From: Amoeboaphelidium protococcarum X5 | Taxonomy: Eukaryota; Fungi; Aphelidiomycota | DNA length: 64,000 bases | Direction of reading: 5' to 3' | Assembly (NCBI GenBank): GCA_023515725.1 | Contig: JALDTO010000179.1 | Coordinates: 1-64,000, forward strand | Shown here: positions 27,416 through 39,983 of the stretch, one piece after another | How positions within the stretch are numbered: position 1 is the first letter of the stretch | How the letters are laid out: every line of letters begins with the position of its first letter | Notes under the pieces: generated by a model | Database searches by the model: none | Told to the model about the DNA's origin: nothing | The model's input: the letters and a program-made list of their open reading frames with translations, nothing else | Made by a program: the position numbers and the translations under genes

Positions 27416-28984
27416 ATGTTGAGACAGATCGCTACTCAAAGATTGTTTGCTAGTGGTTCGGTAAAGTCTGCTACTCCGCACAAGACTAAATTGTTCATCA
27501 ATGGAGAATTTATCGACTCGCAGACTAACAAATGGATAAAGGTGATCAATCCTGCCACGTAAGAGCTGGTGACATTGGTTCCCGAGGCTACACCATAAGA
27601 GTTAAAGTATGCGTCTGAGGTTGCACAGTCGGCATTCAAGTAATGGAAGGATACTACAGTGTTGACAAGGTAGCGAGTGATGCTAGATCTGCAACTGCTA
27701 GTGAGAGAGAATACGGACAAGATTGCAGAGTCTATTACGACTGAACAAGGTAAGACTTTTCAGGATGCGCGCGGTGATGTGTTTAGAGGTTTGCAGGTGG
27801 TTGAGCATGCATGTGCTATTCCAACGCTGAGTATGGGTGAGTATTCTCATCAAGTGTCTGCCAGTATGGATACTTACACATTTCGCTAGCCATTAGGAGT
27901 TACTGCTGGCATATGTCCATTTAATTTCCCCGCGATGATTCCATTGTGGATGTTCCCGCTTTCTATTGCATGCGGTAACACTTCCATTATTAAGCCGAGT
28001 GAGAAGGATCCTGGTGCCATGATGATCCTGGCCAAGTTGGCTCAGGAAGCTGGAGTTCCTAAAGGTGTGCTGAATGTTGTGCATGGAGCTGTTGATACAG
28101 TCAACTTTTTGTGCGATGATGCCAACATTAAGGCTGTGTCTTTTGTAGGCGGTGATGCTGCAGGTAAACATATTTATTCCAGTGCCACCGCCAATGGTAA
28201 ACGTGCCTAGTGTAATCTTGGAGCCAAGAATCACGGTGTGGTGATGGATGATGCTGATCCTTAAGCTGTAGATCAGCTGGTTGGCGCAGCGTTCGGTGCA
28301 GCCGGGTAGAGATGTATGGCTCTATCTGTTGCCATATTTGTCGGTCCTAAATCTGATGCTCTTATTGAACGTGTTCTGCAGAAGGCAAAAGAGTTGAAAG
28401 TTACTGGTGGCTTCGAGTAGGATGCCGATCTTGGTCCAATGATAACACAGTAGGCCAAGTAGCGTGCTGAGAATATCATTGGCGCATCTGTACAAGAGGG
28501 TGCTGAGCTATTACTGGATGGTAGAAATCCTTAGCATATCGCGGAAAAGTACAAGAAGGGCAATTTCCTTGCTCCCACGGTATTGTCTAATGTCAAGCCT
28601 GAAATGTCTTGCTATAAGGAGGAAGTGTTTGGGCCTGTGCTTAGCATAGTAAAGGTGGACACTCTGGACGAGGCTATTGATATTGTGAACAAGAATCCAT
28701 ATGGCAATGGATGTGCTCTGTTTACCACTAGCGGACACTCTGCTAGAAAGTTTTAGCATGAAGTTGACGTGGGATAGATTGGAATTAACGTTGCAATCCC
28801 CGTACCATTGCCATTCTTCTCCTTTACAGGCAGTAGAAACTCTATCCGCGGTGATGTGCACTTCTATGGCAAGGAGGGAGTATAGTTTTATACTTAGACT
28901 AAAACCGTTACGCAGTCGTGGAAGGAGCCGTCTCATGAAAGTAAGAGCTCTGGCGGTCATTTGAACATGCCTGTAATGAAATGA
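27416..28984 (+). CDS. ALDH6A1: Methylmalonate-semialdehyde dehydrogenase (acylating), mitochondrial
   Basis: [47 protein letters not shown] (catalytic Cys), EEVFGPV and [12 protein letters not shown]; 522 aa, intronless. Confidence 0.96.
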
Positions 28985-29040
28985 ATAATAATGGGAGACT
29001 TCTTTATATCATTAGAGCATATTATTTATTACACACAATA

Positions 29041-30837
29041 TCACTTTTTGCGTCTAGTCCTTTTAGAGACGGGAGTATGAGCCGTGCGCAAATTCTTAGA
29101 ACTCTCTTGAATGTTACTATCCTTGCCCAGAGTTACAAGATAATTATCCTTTGGCAAAATGCATCCAGCTATAAGACTTTCAATAATCCAATCTTTAGAA
29201 ACTAATTGTTCATTGGAGGGTAGATTCTTCTAGCTTTGAATGTCGAACAACACTTTTACAGCCTAATTATCATCGCCATCCTAGCAATTTATGATAGTGG
29301 CTCCCAGGTGAATTAAAATTAATTTCCAACCTTGATCATAATAACTTTATGTAGATAGTCCATAACATTGTATACGAATTCCCTCAAAGAGTCTCTACTA
29401 TAAAGAAGAGAAACTCATATAGTCACCATCGAACAAGCCATTAGGGAGAAGATACTGTTTCCTTTCTACAAGCCTGTCACATTACGTACAACAGTCAATC
29501 CACCGACCACTGACTCTATCAATATTAAAGGCCAGAGCCACCACATATTTCATAGTTCGCAGTGCTTTATGTGACAGCAGAATAATGTTCTTACAACTCA
29601 ACTCAAAATCATTGTCAGAAGAGTAACCTTACGTGTTAAAAATATCATCCAGCTCAATAATTTGGCCACCACGCTAACTGATGGATTAGCTTATATGCTA
29701 AACTTCTTCCTCATCCATTCCAGTGATAAGAAACTATAGTCCTTTGAAAATCTAAGGCTTCTAACTCTAAGACCGTAGTCTCTTACTGGGAGTCGAATCT
29801 TCTTCTTAATCTTTTAAATGTCTAATCTTCAACGTAGATGGAACATATTTCGATATATCAGATGAAAGTAGTTGCTACTTGGTTCGATTAAGGTCTAAGA
29901 TCTTGGTATTAACAGATATCATTCGCCAGCTGACAAATTAGAACTTATCTTCAATATGTACCAGGTACTACTAATTTTGACCAATACCAGCAATAAATGA
30001 CTTTAACAACTACTCACCGTTGTCATCACCAACAGATACCATTACCACATCTCCAACATTAAGCTGTACATCGACACATAAAGTGAGTGGCACTTGAGCG
30101 TATTGGCCACTTGGTAGCCGTATCTCAACCTGATCACCCATAATACCGTACACAAGATACGGATTTATCTAATCAGACTGCGTAATCCAAATGATATCGC
30201 CAATCTTCTTAGTAGCGAAAGACTAACCAGTAATAGCAGTACGAGGCAGTGTCAAGCCTTTATATTCACCTTTTGCAGAGGGAGCTGAGCGCGTGAGTTA
30301 AGAAGTATTGGACTAATTTAACAACTTTTTATTACTAGGAGTGACCGACTGAGATTAAACATTCTTCTGCAACTAGGGCACAGGAACAGATTCATTATTA
30401 CTTAAAGCAGCTTAATTGTAGACATTAACAGTGTATTCAGTAGACATTAAATCCTGCTAATTCATACAGGTAGAATTGGCAGTATCATGTCCTATATCCA
30501 CAGTAACCGGAACAATTTTAGCAGGAACGACAGCATCTTGAATCACAGGGCTGGATACGATATTATGTTACTAACTACTAGATAGATTATCAATTTGAGA
30601 TATCTGAGACTCATTAATCTAGAACTGAGGCAGAGCGCCTTATTGACTAGACGGCATAAGAGGAAGTTCTCCTCTCAACTATTACTACTACTACTTCAAT
30701 TACTCTTCCCCAATCTAGGACAGTTAAAAGACACTGAACCGCTCCTTCATTGTCTTATTCCTGGTGGCATTACCATCATCCTTGTTTATCAAATGACTAA
30801 AATCTTGTGAATCTCTGACCAACACTGAACGTGTCAT
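29041..30837 (-). CDS. Rad9/Crb2/53BP1-like checkpoint mediator (tandem BRCT)
   Basis: N-terminal VRDSQ and SQ/TQ-rich low complexity. C-terminal IFKGLQFLITG..NGGQI..RTMKYVVALAFNI..GRWI matches the 53BP1/Rad9 BRCT1 pattern. 598 aa. Confidence 0.65.
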
Positions 30838-30923
30838 ATTTATCTATCGGAATGTGTTGACAGTACAGTATTAATAAAGTCTGTGGTACAGCTCTGGCTG
30901 AGACTGAAAGAAATGACAATGAA

Positions 30924-30947
30924 ACGCGAAAAAGGACGTTGACGCGT
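30924..30947. promoter_or_regulatory. SCB/MCB-like G1/S elements (ACGCGAAA, ACGCGT) upstream of the Rad9-like gene
   Basis: Two CGCG-core motifs about 90-110 bp upstream of the ATG at 30837. Confidence 0.4.
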
Positions 30948-31075
30948 CAAAGCTGAAACGTTTCAAGTTTTATACAGAAGGTGTAAAAAGAACCATCTAA
31001 TGTAGAATCAGTCAAACTAAGAATGTACAGAGAATGCTAATGGTATTTGTTGACTTTAAATTCTTTCTTGTATTT

Positions 31076-31690
31076 TCATACGATAGGTATAGTGACAGGT
31101 GGATTGGGCCACTCCGGTAGCGGCTCATATCTCACTTGTTAACCGAATGGCCAGAGAGCAAAAACGGCCAGCTTGGCATGTTTCAGTGCCAGAAGAATAC
31201 CGATAATTGAGATGAAGAATGTGGCTACTAGTAGAGCGTGTCCAAGAAATATTATCCATCCAAACAATAGAAGCCAAACTACATTGGCGGCTATCGTAAC
31301 AGGACTGTGTGGATTGTTCAGACTGTCTTTGAACCAGAGTCCTGAGGATTAACTCGGCACAAAAGCATCCGGTATGTAGTTCTCTTTCCCGATCGGGTTT
31401 AGGGCGAATAAGGCCAGACGGAATGCTTAGACGCCGAATGGAATGAAAATTATTGTGAGCATCAGTAGCAATCCTGCCGTGGCATATGCCAAAAATAACA
31501 ACCATCCACCGAATATTATCCACACTACCATTGAGACTGTGCGCCATGGTGGACGCGCGTATAAAGCCTTTCCGTATTGTGTCGTATATTTCACCTGTTT
31601 AGCAAATGATGGTTTGTTGACAGGCACATTGCGGCTGGCTGCCAACTTCTTTCCAGTAGGATCATACACTGGTTGATATGATGAATTCAT
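31076..31690 (-). CDS. Stand-alone YccF/DUF307 two-repeat membrane protein
   Basis: Two repeats: VVWIIFGGWLL..TIIFIPFGVQAFRLALFALNPIG and NVVWLLLFGW..SIIGILLALKHAKLAVFALWPFG. 204 aa. Confidence 0.85.
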
Positions 31691-31908
31691 CAACGCGTTT
31701 AGATTTTAATCCAAATGATTTCTCAATAGTTGAAACAAGTAAATAAAGTTGCCATAAAAAAGATCACTGACTGACTGATGTAAAACAGTCTCATGATAGG
31801 CGTTGGTCATACGGACACATCATGCAATCAGAAAGCATCAACACTCAAAATATCAACATCCAGTATTCACAAAATCCTATTACACACACAACAAAAATAA
31901 TTTCAACT

Positions 31909-34171
31909 TCAAACAACAGCTGATATTCCGCCAGCGGATGGATGACTAAAAGGATCGTATTCTCCAAAATCAACACAGATGAATGGTGGCTGAGACTTTC
32001 TATTCTGATTGCAGTCTATGGCACTAATTTTATCAGACGACGCAGACTTTGGCGAATTCAGATGAACAAAGCCATCTTGCGAATTGAGACCAGCGTATTC
32101 AGACAAGTTCATGGTGTTGCACTTATTTTACAGGATCTTCTTCTTGGTCTTCTTCATATCACCAATTTCTCGCTGAATGCAAGTCATAGACTACTTCATC
32201 TCAGAGAATTTTTACTTTAAAGCCAACATTTGCAATTGATAAACACCAACTACGGGGATAACCTGATGCAGAGGCTCATCACTTAATTTAACATCATAAT
32301 CAACAGTTCCTAGGCCTGACAAAAACATTTCCAATTCACGCTCCTTTTACACAGTCACCTCAATAGGTTCCAAATACTCACAAAAACGATCCATCACCAC
32401 GGAACAATCATCCATATCAGAATGTGCATCATAATCTGAATTCTCAGACTCCAGTTACTAAGAACTCTCTCTAACTTTGCGTCTTGGGCGATTCAGAGAT
32501 GATTGCGAAGTTCCATAAACGTTAACACTTCCTCTATTAGCGGGAGCCTTACGTTTCTTCTGCAGATTAGGCTCACTTTCACACTATGAAACTCTGCTGG
32601 TCATTGAAGATGCGCGTGGACGTTTTCTCAGCAGACACTCCAACATTTTCACATCATAATGCTCAGCTTCTTCAGGTGGCACCAGGTAATCAACGCCATA
32701 ACCAAAATCATTCTCATACCTGGTACTATTTTGAGCGGCCTACATTGCTTTTAATTTCAATCTCACTTCTTCGATATTCTCCAAATTAATTCTATCAAAA
32801 TCCAAGTCGGACAGTTGTTCATCCTCTTTCAAATCAGCCGTACTACCTCTAATAGTGGATGTGGTGGATTAGGTAGACGGAACTGCTTAGACATTAGACG
32901 CACGTTAAACTTTCTATGGTTTAGTGACGCGTACATCCTCTACAGATTCTTCATAATCCTCAAACTCATCATCCAGATCCACTTCAATAATACGCTTCTT
33001 TTCAATGACACGCCCAAATCTGGATACTTTTCTATTAGGTCCAGTAGTGGGAGGTGAGAGCTTGGACAATACTGGTAGAATGTTGCAATCATACAGAAAT
33101 TAAACACGTTCCTCATCCAGCTCCGGAAATTCATCAACCACCATCGGCCACAGAGCATTGTCACAAATAGATTAATATCCTCCTAGAGAATTGACCACCA
33201 TGAAGAGCCTATAAAGAAACTTCATGTCGACACTTTTCTGTGACTCTTCTTTGTCAGCATTATTAATGTGGACTGCAGAGTCACCAACAAAACTGTTACT
33301 AGGACGATATTACTAAATTTCAGGGCATGACTGCAACACTTTACAAAATTCACCAAACGTGACTTTATGATCGTGTCCATTCTAACTAGACGGACGAGAT
33401 TTGGCTTGAGAATTTACGCTAACTTCGTCTCCTTATTAGGAATGCTCTTATGAAGAGATGGTATTGTTATTGTTGACACTAAGATTCTCAGCAGAGCAGG
33501 ATCCTGGATAGAAATCACCTGGGAGAATCTTATTTCGCTTCTCTTCCAAAGGAAAGCCACCTTCAGCGCTTCCAAAAGTTGGCAACGATACTGAAGACTA
33601 AGACAATTAAGATTAAGATTAAGAAGAAGATGATTACGATGAAGCTTCCAACCATTTTCGCCACTTGAAATACTGAGGAATCTTGCCGCGGCGTAAGAAA
33701 TCCAAAGCCATTCGGACATCGCGCACTTGACACAGACGAGGGATCTGGTCTTTAAATGAGAGATACGGCTCCTCAGTGCCGGAGAACTTTACCAACTCTT
33801 CAGCAGTATGTAATTAACTACATATTAAGACGATAGCGATTTAGGTCCATATTATGATTTGACACCAAAAAATATACTTACTACTCCTAGGAGCCAAACA
33901 TCTTGACAACGACTTGGTCCGAATGCAGAGGTTGAGGCATCGTTTCATCCACGTCAGCACGAGGCACCACCTACCATAAGACAATATAATTAGCAAATGC
34001 AACTCCAGTAAATGAATATAAAAGAATTACTATAGCTGGATGCCAGTAGTCATCGCTTCTGTTAAAATCTGAAATTACACAGACCACCTCGTAATTAGTG
34101 CCTAATGTTTCGTGTCTATTGCATTTCTAGAGCAGGAGCTCTTTATCCAACAAATCCTTGCCCTATTGCAT
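31909..34171 (-). CDS. PWWP/Tudor-like chromatin protein
   Basis: YWHPAI|VVPRADVDETMP..VVVKMFGSQEY..LVKF..EPY forms after removing introns 33971-34030 and 33818-33881. Long low-complexity C-terminal region; TGA stop. Confidence 0.55.
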
Positions 34172-34900
34172 TTGGAATCAGGCAGTTTGGTCACAGAGCA
34201 AACACTTATAAAGGCAATAGCTATAAAACACGGAATTCGTGTAATGTAGGAGATAGCTGCGACTAACACCTTGTATGAGACAGAACTGCCAAAGCCGTAA
34301 AGCAAAGTAATGAGAGAACGATGAATGAGCGAAGAAGTGTCGCCGAGGTGGAAACGTCAAACAAAGACTTCTCTGAGTGAACGAACGATCAAACGAACGA
34401 GTTGAGATTCAATTGAGATTGTGGGCGAGCAATTGTGGCGCTGAATGATATGATCATATTCGATCTCTTCTTCTTATACAGGAGTGAGTATATTAAGTGG
34501 AGTGGTCATTAACAGGAAAAGTTTAAATAACTCACGATGTATATCTTGCTTAATTATGACCTTACACAGTACAATGAAAGCTAGCAAAGAGTCACCGCAA
34601 TGGTTAGAGAACACGTTTTGATCAGAGTCGGATTCAAAAAATTACCAACGAGTTTCCATTTGATAGTCGATCACTTAAAGTTTAAAGTGGTACCAGCTAC
34701 TAGCGCGCGCTTTTACTGAAAGTTTCAACATCAATTGAATTTAATATTTCTTTGGAGTCTCAGCTGATTGCAAACGTGTTGCAAAACTAGCTATGTACAT
34801 TTGCTTAAACTATTTAATTTATATAAGCTACAACAAGTGGATAAAACGAAGACATAAATGTGAGATGAATCTAATACACATATCAACTCGTAAACAATCA

Positions 34901-37573
34901 TCATTTGACGCGTTTAAAGACAGGCACTTGATCAGTGACATCTTCTTCAGAGCCCATTTCACGATTTTGTTAGCCATAGGTAATCTCATCAGCATCACCA
35001 ATCTCATTCATTTACCTTTTTCGTTGCTATTGTGGAGTACCAATGATTTGCTCTGATTACTATAGACGTCTTGGAATATATAGCTAACTTCCAAGCTCAA
35101 ATTCATCCAAATTTTCGCAAGATGCAGGCGGCTGTTATTGCGAGATAGTGTTGGTCAGACGCAATGGCAGTGATAACTTTCCAAACTATGGAATCTCTAG
35201 AGACGATTTGACATTTGCCTATGTTTATGACTATGGAATTTAAGCAGTCTCGGAGTCAATACTACTATGATTTGAAACAGATAGCTTACTTTGCATACTA
35301 CTTGCATTATTATTGGGGAGAGGAGATGCTTTGAAAGAGAGAGCTTGTATTTTGGCAGAGGGAGAACTCTGAACCCGTTCAAGTTCTAATCGTAGAGAAG
35401 ATTAACTGCAACTATGAGGAAAGCTAGACTCTTTGACTCTTTACTTGCGCTGTAGACATTCTTATAACCACAGAGGTGACACTATGAATTTTTCTTGCTT
35501 CAATGCCAGCTTGAAGTCCTTGAAAGTCTCATTGCGCCTGCTAGACTGATGAATGAAATGAGTACAAACCGGAGAGAAACCTTGGCCCAGATATTGAGCT
35601 CCCAGCTATCTACACAGATCTTTGATGAGTGACTCTTGGTATATCAACTTCGAACTGATAGAGACCAATACTCCGCTTAAAACTTGATTGGAATTCTGAC
35701 TAGTTTCAACCGCCAAATCCGGCTTGGAATCTTCCATACCCTGATGTGAAATATTTTATGAGTAAACGACGTCAATATCTTCCTGTACCGGCTCTCTGAT
35801 TTCATACTCGGCTCTATTCTTGCGATCGCTTTTACTTGGAATAGATATAGGCTGATGCTTAAGCTCGGCAGAACTGAACGCAGGCTTAAATTATGAGTCT
35901 AAACTTTTAGATTAATGCTGTACAATCCCGGTATTAGCAATGTTTATCAACCAGACTTCATCGACAACAGGAACATTCCATTCCAAAGCCTTCTCATACT
36001 TGATGCCATCTTTCTAGGCGCACAATAAGTAGTGAACATTCTTTGAAAACTTTTCATTAGCTTAAGCCCCCAAATGTTTAATCAGCTTTATTAGATGAAC
36101 TCTTTTCAAGCCATCAAATCCGGATATACTTATTTAGATGTCTTTCAAATCTAATAGCGGAACAGAGATAGAGAGTAGAGTATATAAAGGGAACGAATGA
36201 GAAGGCAGCAATTGTTGAGAGTCAATACATGCCTCAATCCACAACTCAGTAACGGCAGTTGGTGCTTATTATGAGCAATCTTTACGAGCAGTGTAAGTAT
36301 ATGGACACACCAAGTAATCTGCAGATTCAAATATGTAACCTCCACTCGATTCAATAGCTTTTCGTAGAACATGCTATTACTTTTCAGTGAAGCCTTCAAC
36401 GGTAAATGACAATCCATCAAATATCTTAGCTTAACTTTGAGAGGACTCTGTCTTTTCTTCACTCACTTTGGAGAATGAATTGACTCTCTGCAATCTGAGA
36501 GCCGATTTCAAATCTTTGAATCCGCTTTAGGAACCAACAGATTAACGTTATGAACTATTAACGCGACTAGATTAGATAGACTGCTACGAAGAAGTGCCAT
36601 CACCCATTCCAAATAGCTGCGACAATTCTTGCACCGACGTAACCGGTTTCTTTTTTAAAATCAAAGAGCTATTATAATTGTTGTTGGATCTTGAATTTTC
36701 TACAACTATCGCAGATTTTTACTATACATCAACATTCTCCGAATTCAAATCTACAACTTTAACACGGAACATTGCTGGATTAAGTAGGGTGTTTTATTTT
36801 TGACACTAGACTACAAAAGTGTAATGTACAGCTTCACCTAATCGCCCCTTAATACGAGACTAATCAATTTCCTTTTATGAGCATAATACATAATCTGCAT
36901 TCTATCGTACATCAGTCCTTATAAAACCACCGCACTATGTCACAATAGAAGTTAGAGCGTCGATTTACATCTTGGTAAATCCTGGCATTAGTAAAAATTT
37001 CAGCCCAGAAAACACTTTATCATCAGATAATAAATCAGATGGTGGATAGTCAGATTCTAGTAGTCGGCCGCCAGCAGATGGACAAGCTTATATCCACTGC
37101 GGACTTACTACAGAGATTCCGTGCTCAACCGCACTCAAATGCTTTTTACTTTTAGGATCGGCAGATACTAGATGAGTACACTAAAGAGTCAAATTTTTAC
37201 TAAATTATCCACCATTGCCAACCACCAAATGTTCAATATTATTCCGGTCCGTCTCCGAGATGCCAGTAACGCAAATCATTAATCCATCAAAGGGCTTCAT
37301 ATTGAACTTGGTGAGAACATTCTTCAGATCTAATAGAGTGATCGTTTCCTAATCATTAAAATTATCTGCACAATAATCAATAAACTCATGACTTATAAGT
37401 GTAATCCTGCGCTCAACTGCAACACGATACTTTTATGAATCGGTGCATCCACACACTAAATGCGTCGTGGACGTGGTCAGATTAGTACTGATTGAACATT
37501 TCTCAATCCGCGAGCAGAGTTCACTCAACTACTCCCTCTACTTCAAATTCAATCCAGTAGAGCAGAATTCCAT
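34901..37573 (-). CDS. TOPBP1: Multi-BRCT scaffold TOPBP1/Rad4(Cut5)/Dpb11
   Basis: MEFCSTG..TTHLVCG..KYRVA; KPFDGLMICVTG..NGG..CTHLV..VVSPQWI; further BRCT repeats including GIKYEKALEWNVPVV. 890 aa. Confidence 0.85.
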
Positions 37574-37815
37574 ATATTATATAAAAAAGCAGTAAACTCG
37601 TATAAAAACAGGATAATTATGGACAGTGAGTATCAAGATTTAACTTTAGCAAGTGAAGTGAAACAGAAGAGAGTTGAGATGGGAGAATAATCGTTTCGTT
37701 TCGATTAAGAGAGAACGCGCGCCATTTCAGAATTCATTTTGAAACAAAAATCATTCAGTGTAAATGCAACTCGCGGCTAAGACAGTATAAACTTAAATGT
37801 CATCTTGGATTCATA

Positions 37816-38982
37816 TCAGCGTTTTCCACCTCTCTTCTTTTTGTCTTGAGCAGAGGCACCATCATTCTTACGCTTCTTACCGTTACTAGACATATTCTCT
37901 TTGGACTTCTTGGCCGGATTGATGGATGGCTCCGACTTCAACTACTTCCCGAAGAATCCATCCAATCGCCCTTGGGTGGTGGTGGAGCGTGCCTTTTACA
38001 AACGCTTCAAACCAGATCTTATTCTGTCCTCATTAAACTGATTCTCATGTACCATAAATTTAATCAATTCTTCCTCATTAGGAGCCTCCCATTTAAGATC
38101 AATATCTTTGGGATCAGTAACTTCAGGATTGAGAAATAGTTTGCGCGCGTCCTTGTATGGCCAATCTTCGGGTATAGGATACTTGTCTGAGTCCAAATGT
38201 TCAAGCACATTCTCAATACACTTGTGCTCTTTAATAAGATCCACGGCCCTCTTTGGACCGATACCTTTGATAGAATCACAATAATCACATCCGAGGAGAA
38301 TACACAAGTCGACAAATTGGTCCAGAGTGAAATCTAAGCCAGATAGAACTTCGTCCAAATGAATCTCAATAATTGGTTCTTTCCTCTGCTCACTGAATGT
38401 CAAATGTCTCAATAGCACAGGTGTCTAAAAGGTCAGAGTATCCATATCCTCACTTCCTGCAGCATAAACTTTACCAGCCTTAGCCAAGGCTGCACACTAA
38501 GCCTCAGCCTCACACGGACTCTCCACATAGGGGATGCCCATCAACTTCAGCAGTTTCTTACACTCATCATTATGCTACTTGGATACTTTTACAGTTCTAC
38601 GCTGAAACTTTTCCATAGCCTCAGCTGAGCCACTCTCTTACGCAGCCTCCAGCCCACTCTGAGCTTCTTTGCGCCGTTCTAATCGCTTCGCCAATTCACC
38701 GCTTTTCAGTGTCGGAGGTTTACCATCGAACACGTACACCGGTTTGATTCCATTATCAATCATGCGAAGAGTACGGTAGAAGATGCCCATAAGATGACTA
38801 GTGGTTTCACCAGATTCATTCATCAGCTGGTTGCCTTCACTCCTGACAGCAATGAGGAACTGATAAATTGACATGGATGCATCGATAGCCACCTTCCTGC
38901 CAAAATATGACGATATCTAATTAGTCTTTAGCGCATTTGGTGCATGATCACCAATAACTTTGGTAAGACCTTGAATTCCCAT
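37816..38982 (-). CDS. FEN1: Flap endonuclease 1
   Basis: [50 protein letters not shown] and PIP box QGRLDGFF; 388 aa. Confidence 0.98.
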
Positions 38983-39067
38983 AATGATACCTTTATGGTC
39001 AATAGTACTGTACTGTATATACAATAGTTCTTCTCTCTCGTTCCTTTGCACGGAATAAAATATATCG

Positions 39068-39147
39068 TTTCGCGTTCATCTCTCACGAAACAGTTTCACT
39101 CAGTTGATCGCGTGGACTCTGTTCTCATCGCTCCAACATTTTCGCGT
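39068..39147. promoter_or_regulatory. Cluster of SCB/MCB/E2F-like motifs in the FEN1-NAA30 divergent promoter
   Basis: TTTCGCGT at 39068 and 39140; CACGAAA at 39084. Confidence 0.45.
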
Positions 39148-39230
39148 TAATCGCCTTTGATAAAACGTTCTTAGTTAAATTCGAAATCTTATATTTTTGC
39201 GGCAATCTCGCTCTGTTTCATTTAATCGTA

Positions 39231-39755
39231 ATGTCTAGTTAAGATGATGATCAACGCGTCTAGCTGGCGGATGATGGATTGAATGAGATAGTGTATAGGC
39301 AGTATGAAGGTGAGCATGAGCTGGATGCTATTATAAGTCTGATTGAGAAGGATCTCTCGGAGCCGTATTGTATTTACACGTATCGATACTTTACAATGAA
39401 CTTTCCCAGTCTTACATATGTCGCAGTGCATTAGAACAGTATAATCGCGTGTATAGTTGGTAAAGTTGACTAGAGATCCAACAATACGCTGCGTGGATAC
39501 ATTGGGATGCTGGCAGTGGATGAGCGATATCGAAAGATGGGGATCGCGTCCAAGCTTGTCGATCTTGTTATTAGCAGAATGGAGTCAGAGTTCAAAGTGG
39601 ATGAAATTGTACTCGAGACTGAGGTTGACAATAAGGGTGCCATAAGTTTGTATTAAAAGTTTGGATTCATTCGCGCCAAGCGATTATACAAGTACTATCT
39701 GAATGGCGGTGATGCTTTTCGACTCAAGTTACTTTCTCATGCATAGGCGTCGTGA
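39231..39755 (+). CDS. NAA30: NatC catalytic N-terminal acetyltransferase (Mak3)
   Basis: DLSEPYCIYTYRYF, RGYIGMLAV, EIVLETEVDN and KRLYKYYLNGGDAFRL. Confidence 0.95.
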
Positions 39756-39983
39756 TCGCTTTTGTAATTTAATTTGTATTTTATTATAGACTTTTCACAA
39801 ACTCTATCTATGGTGTATCTAGTTTTGTCTTTATTACCATTGTCCAATTCGTTTTAATCTTTGTGCTTCGAGTGACTTTTCCCTCTTTTACTCTTCGCAG
39901 ATCACAAAGTTGGTCCATCGAATCCCTCGACGTGAGATAAAGAGAGAAAGCACATTTGGCTTTAGTTGTCGGTAAAGAGAGAA

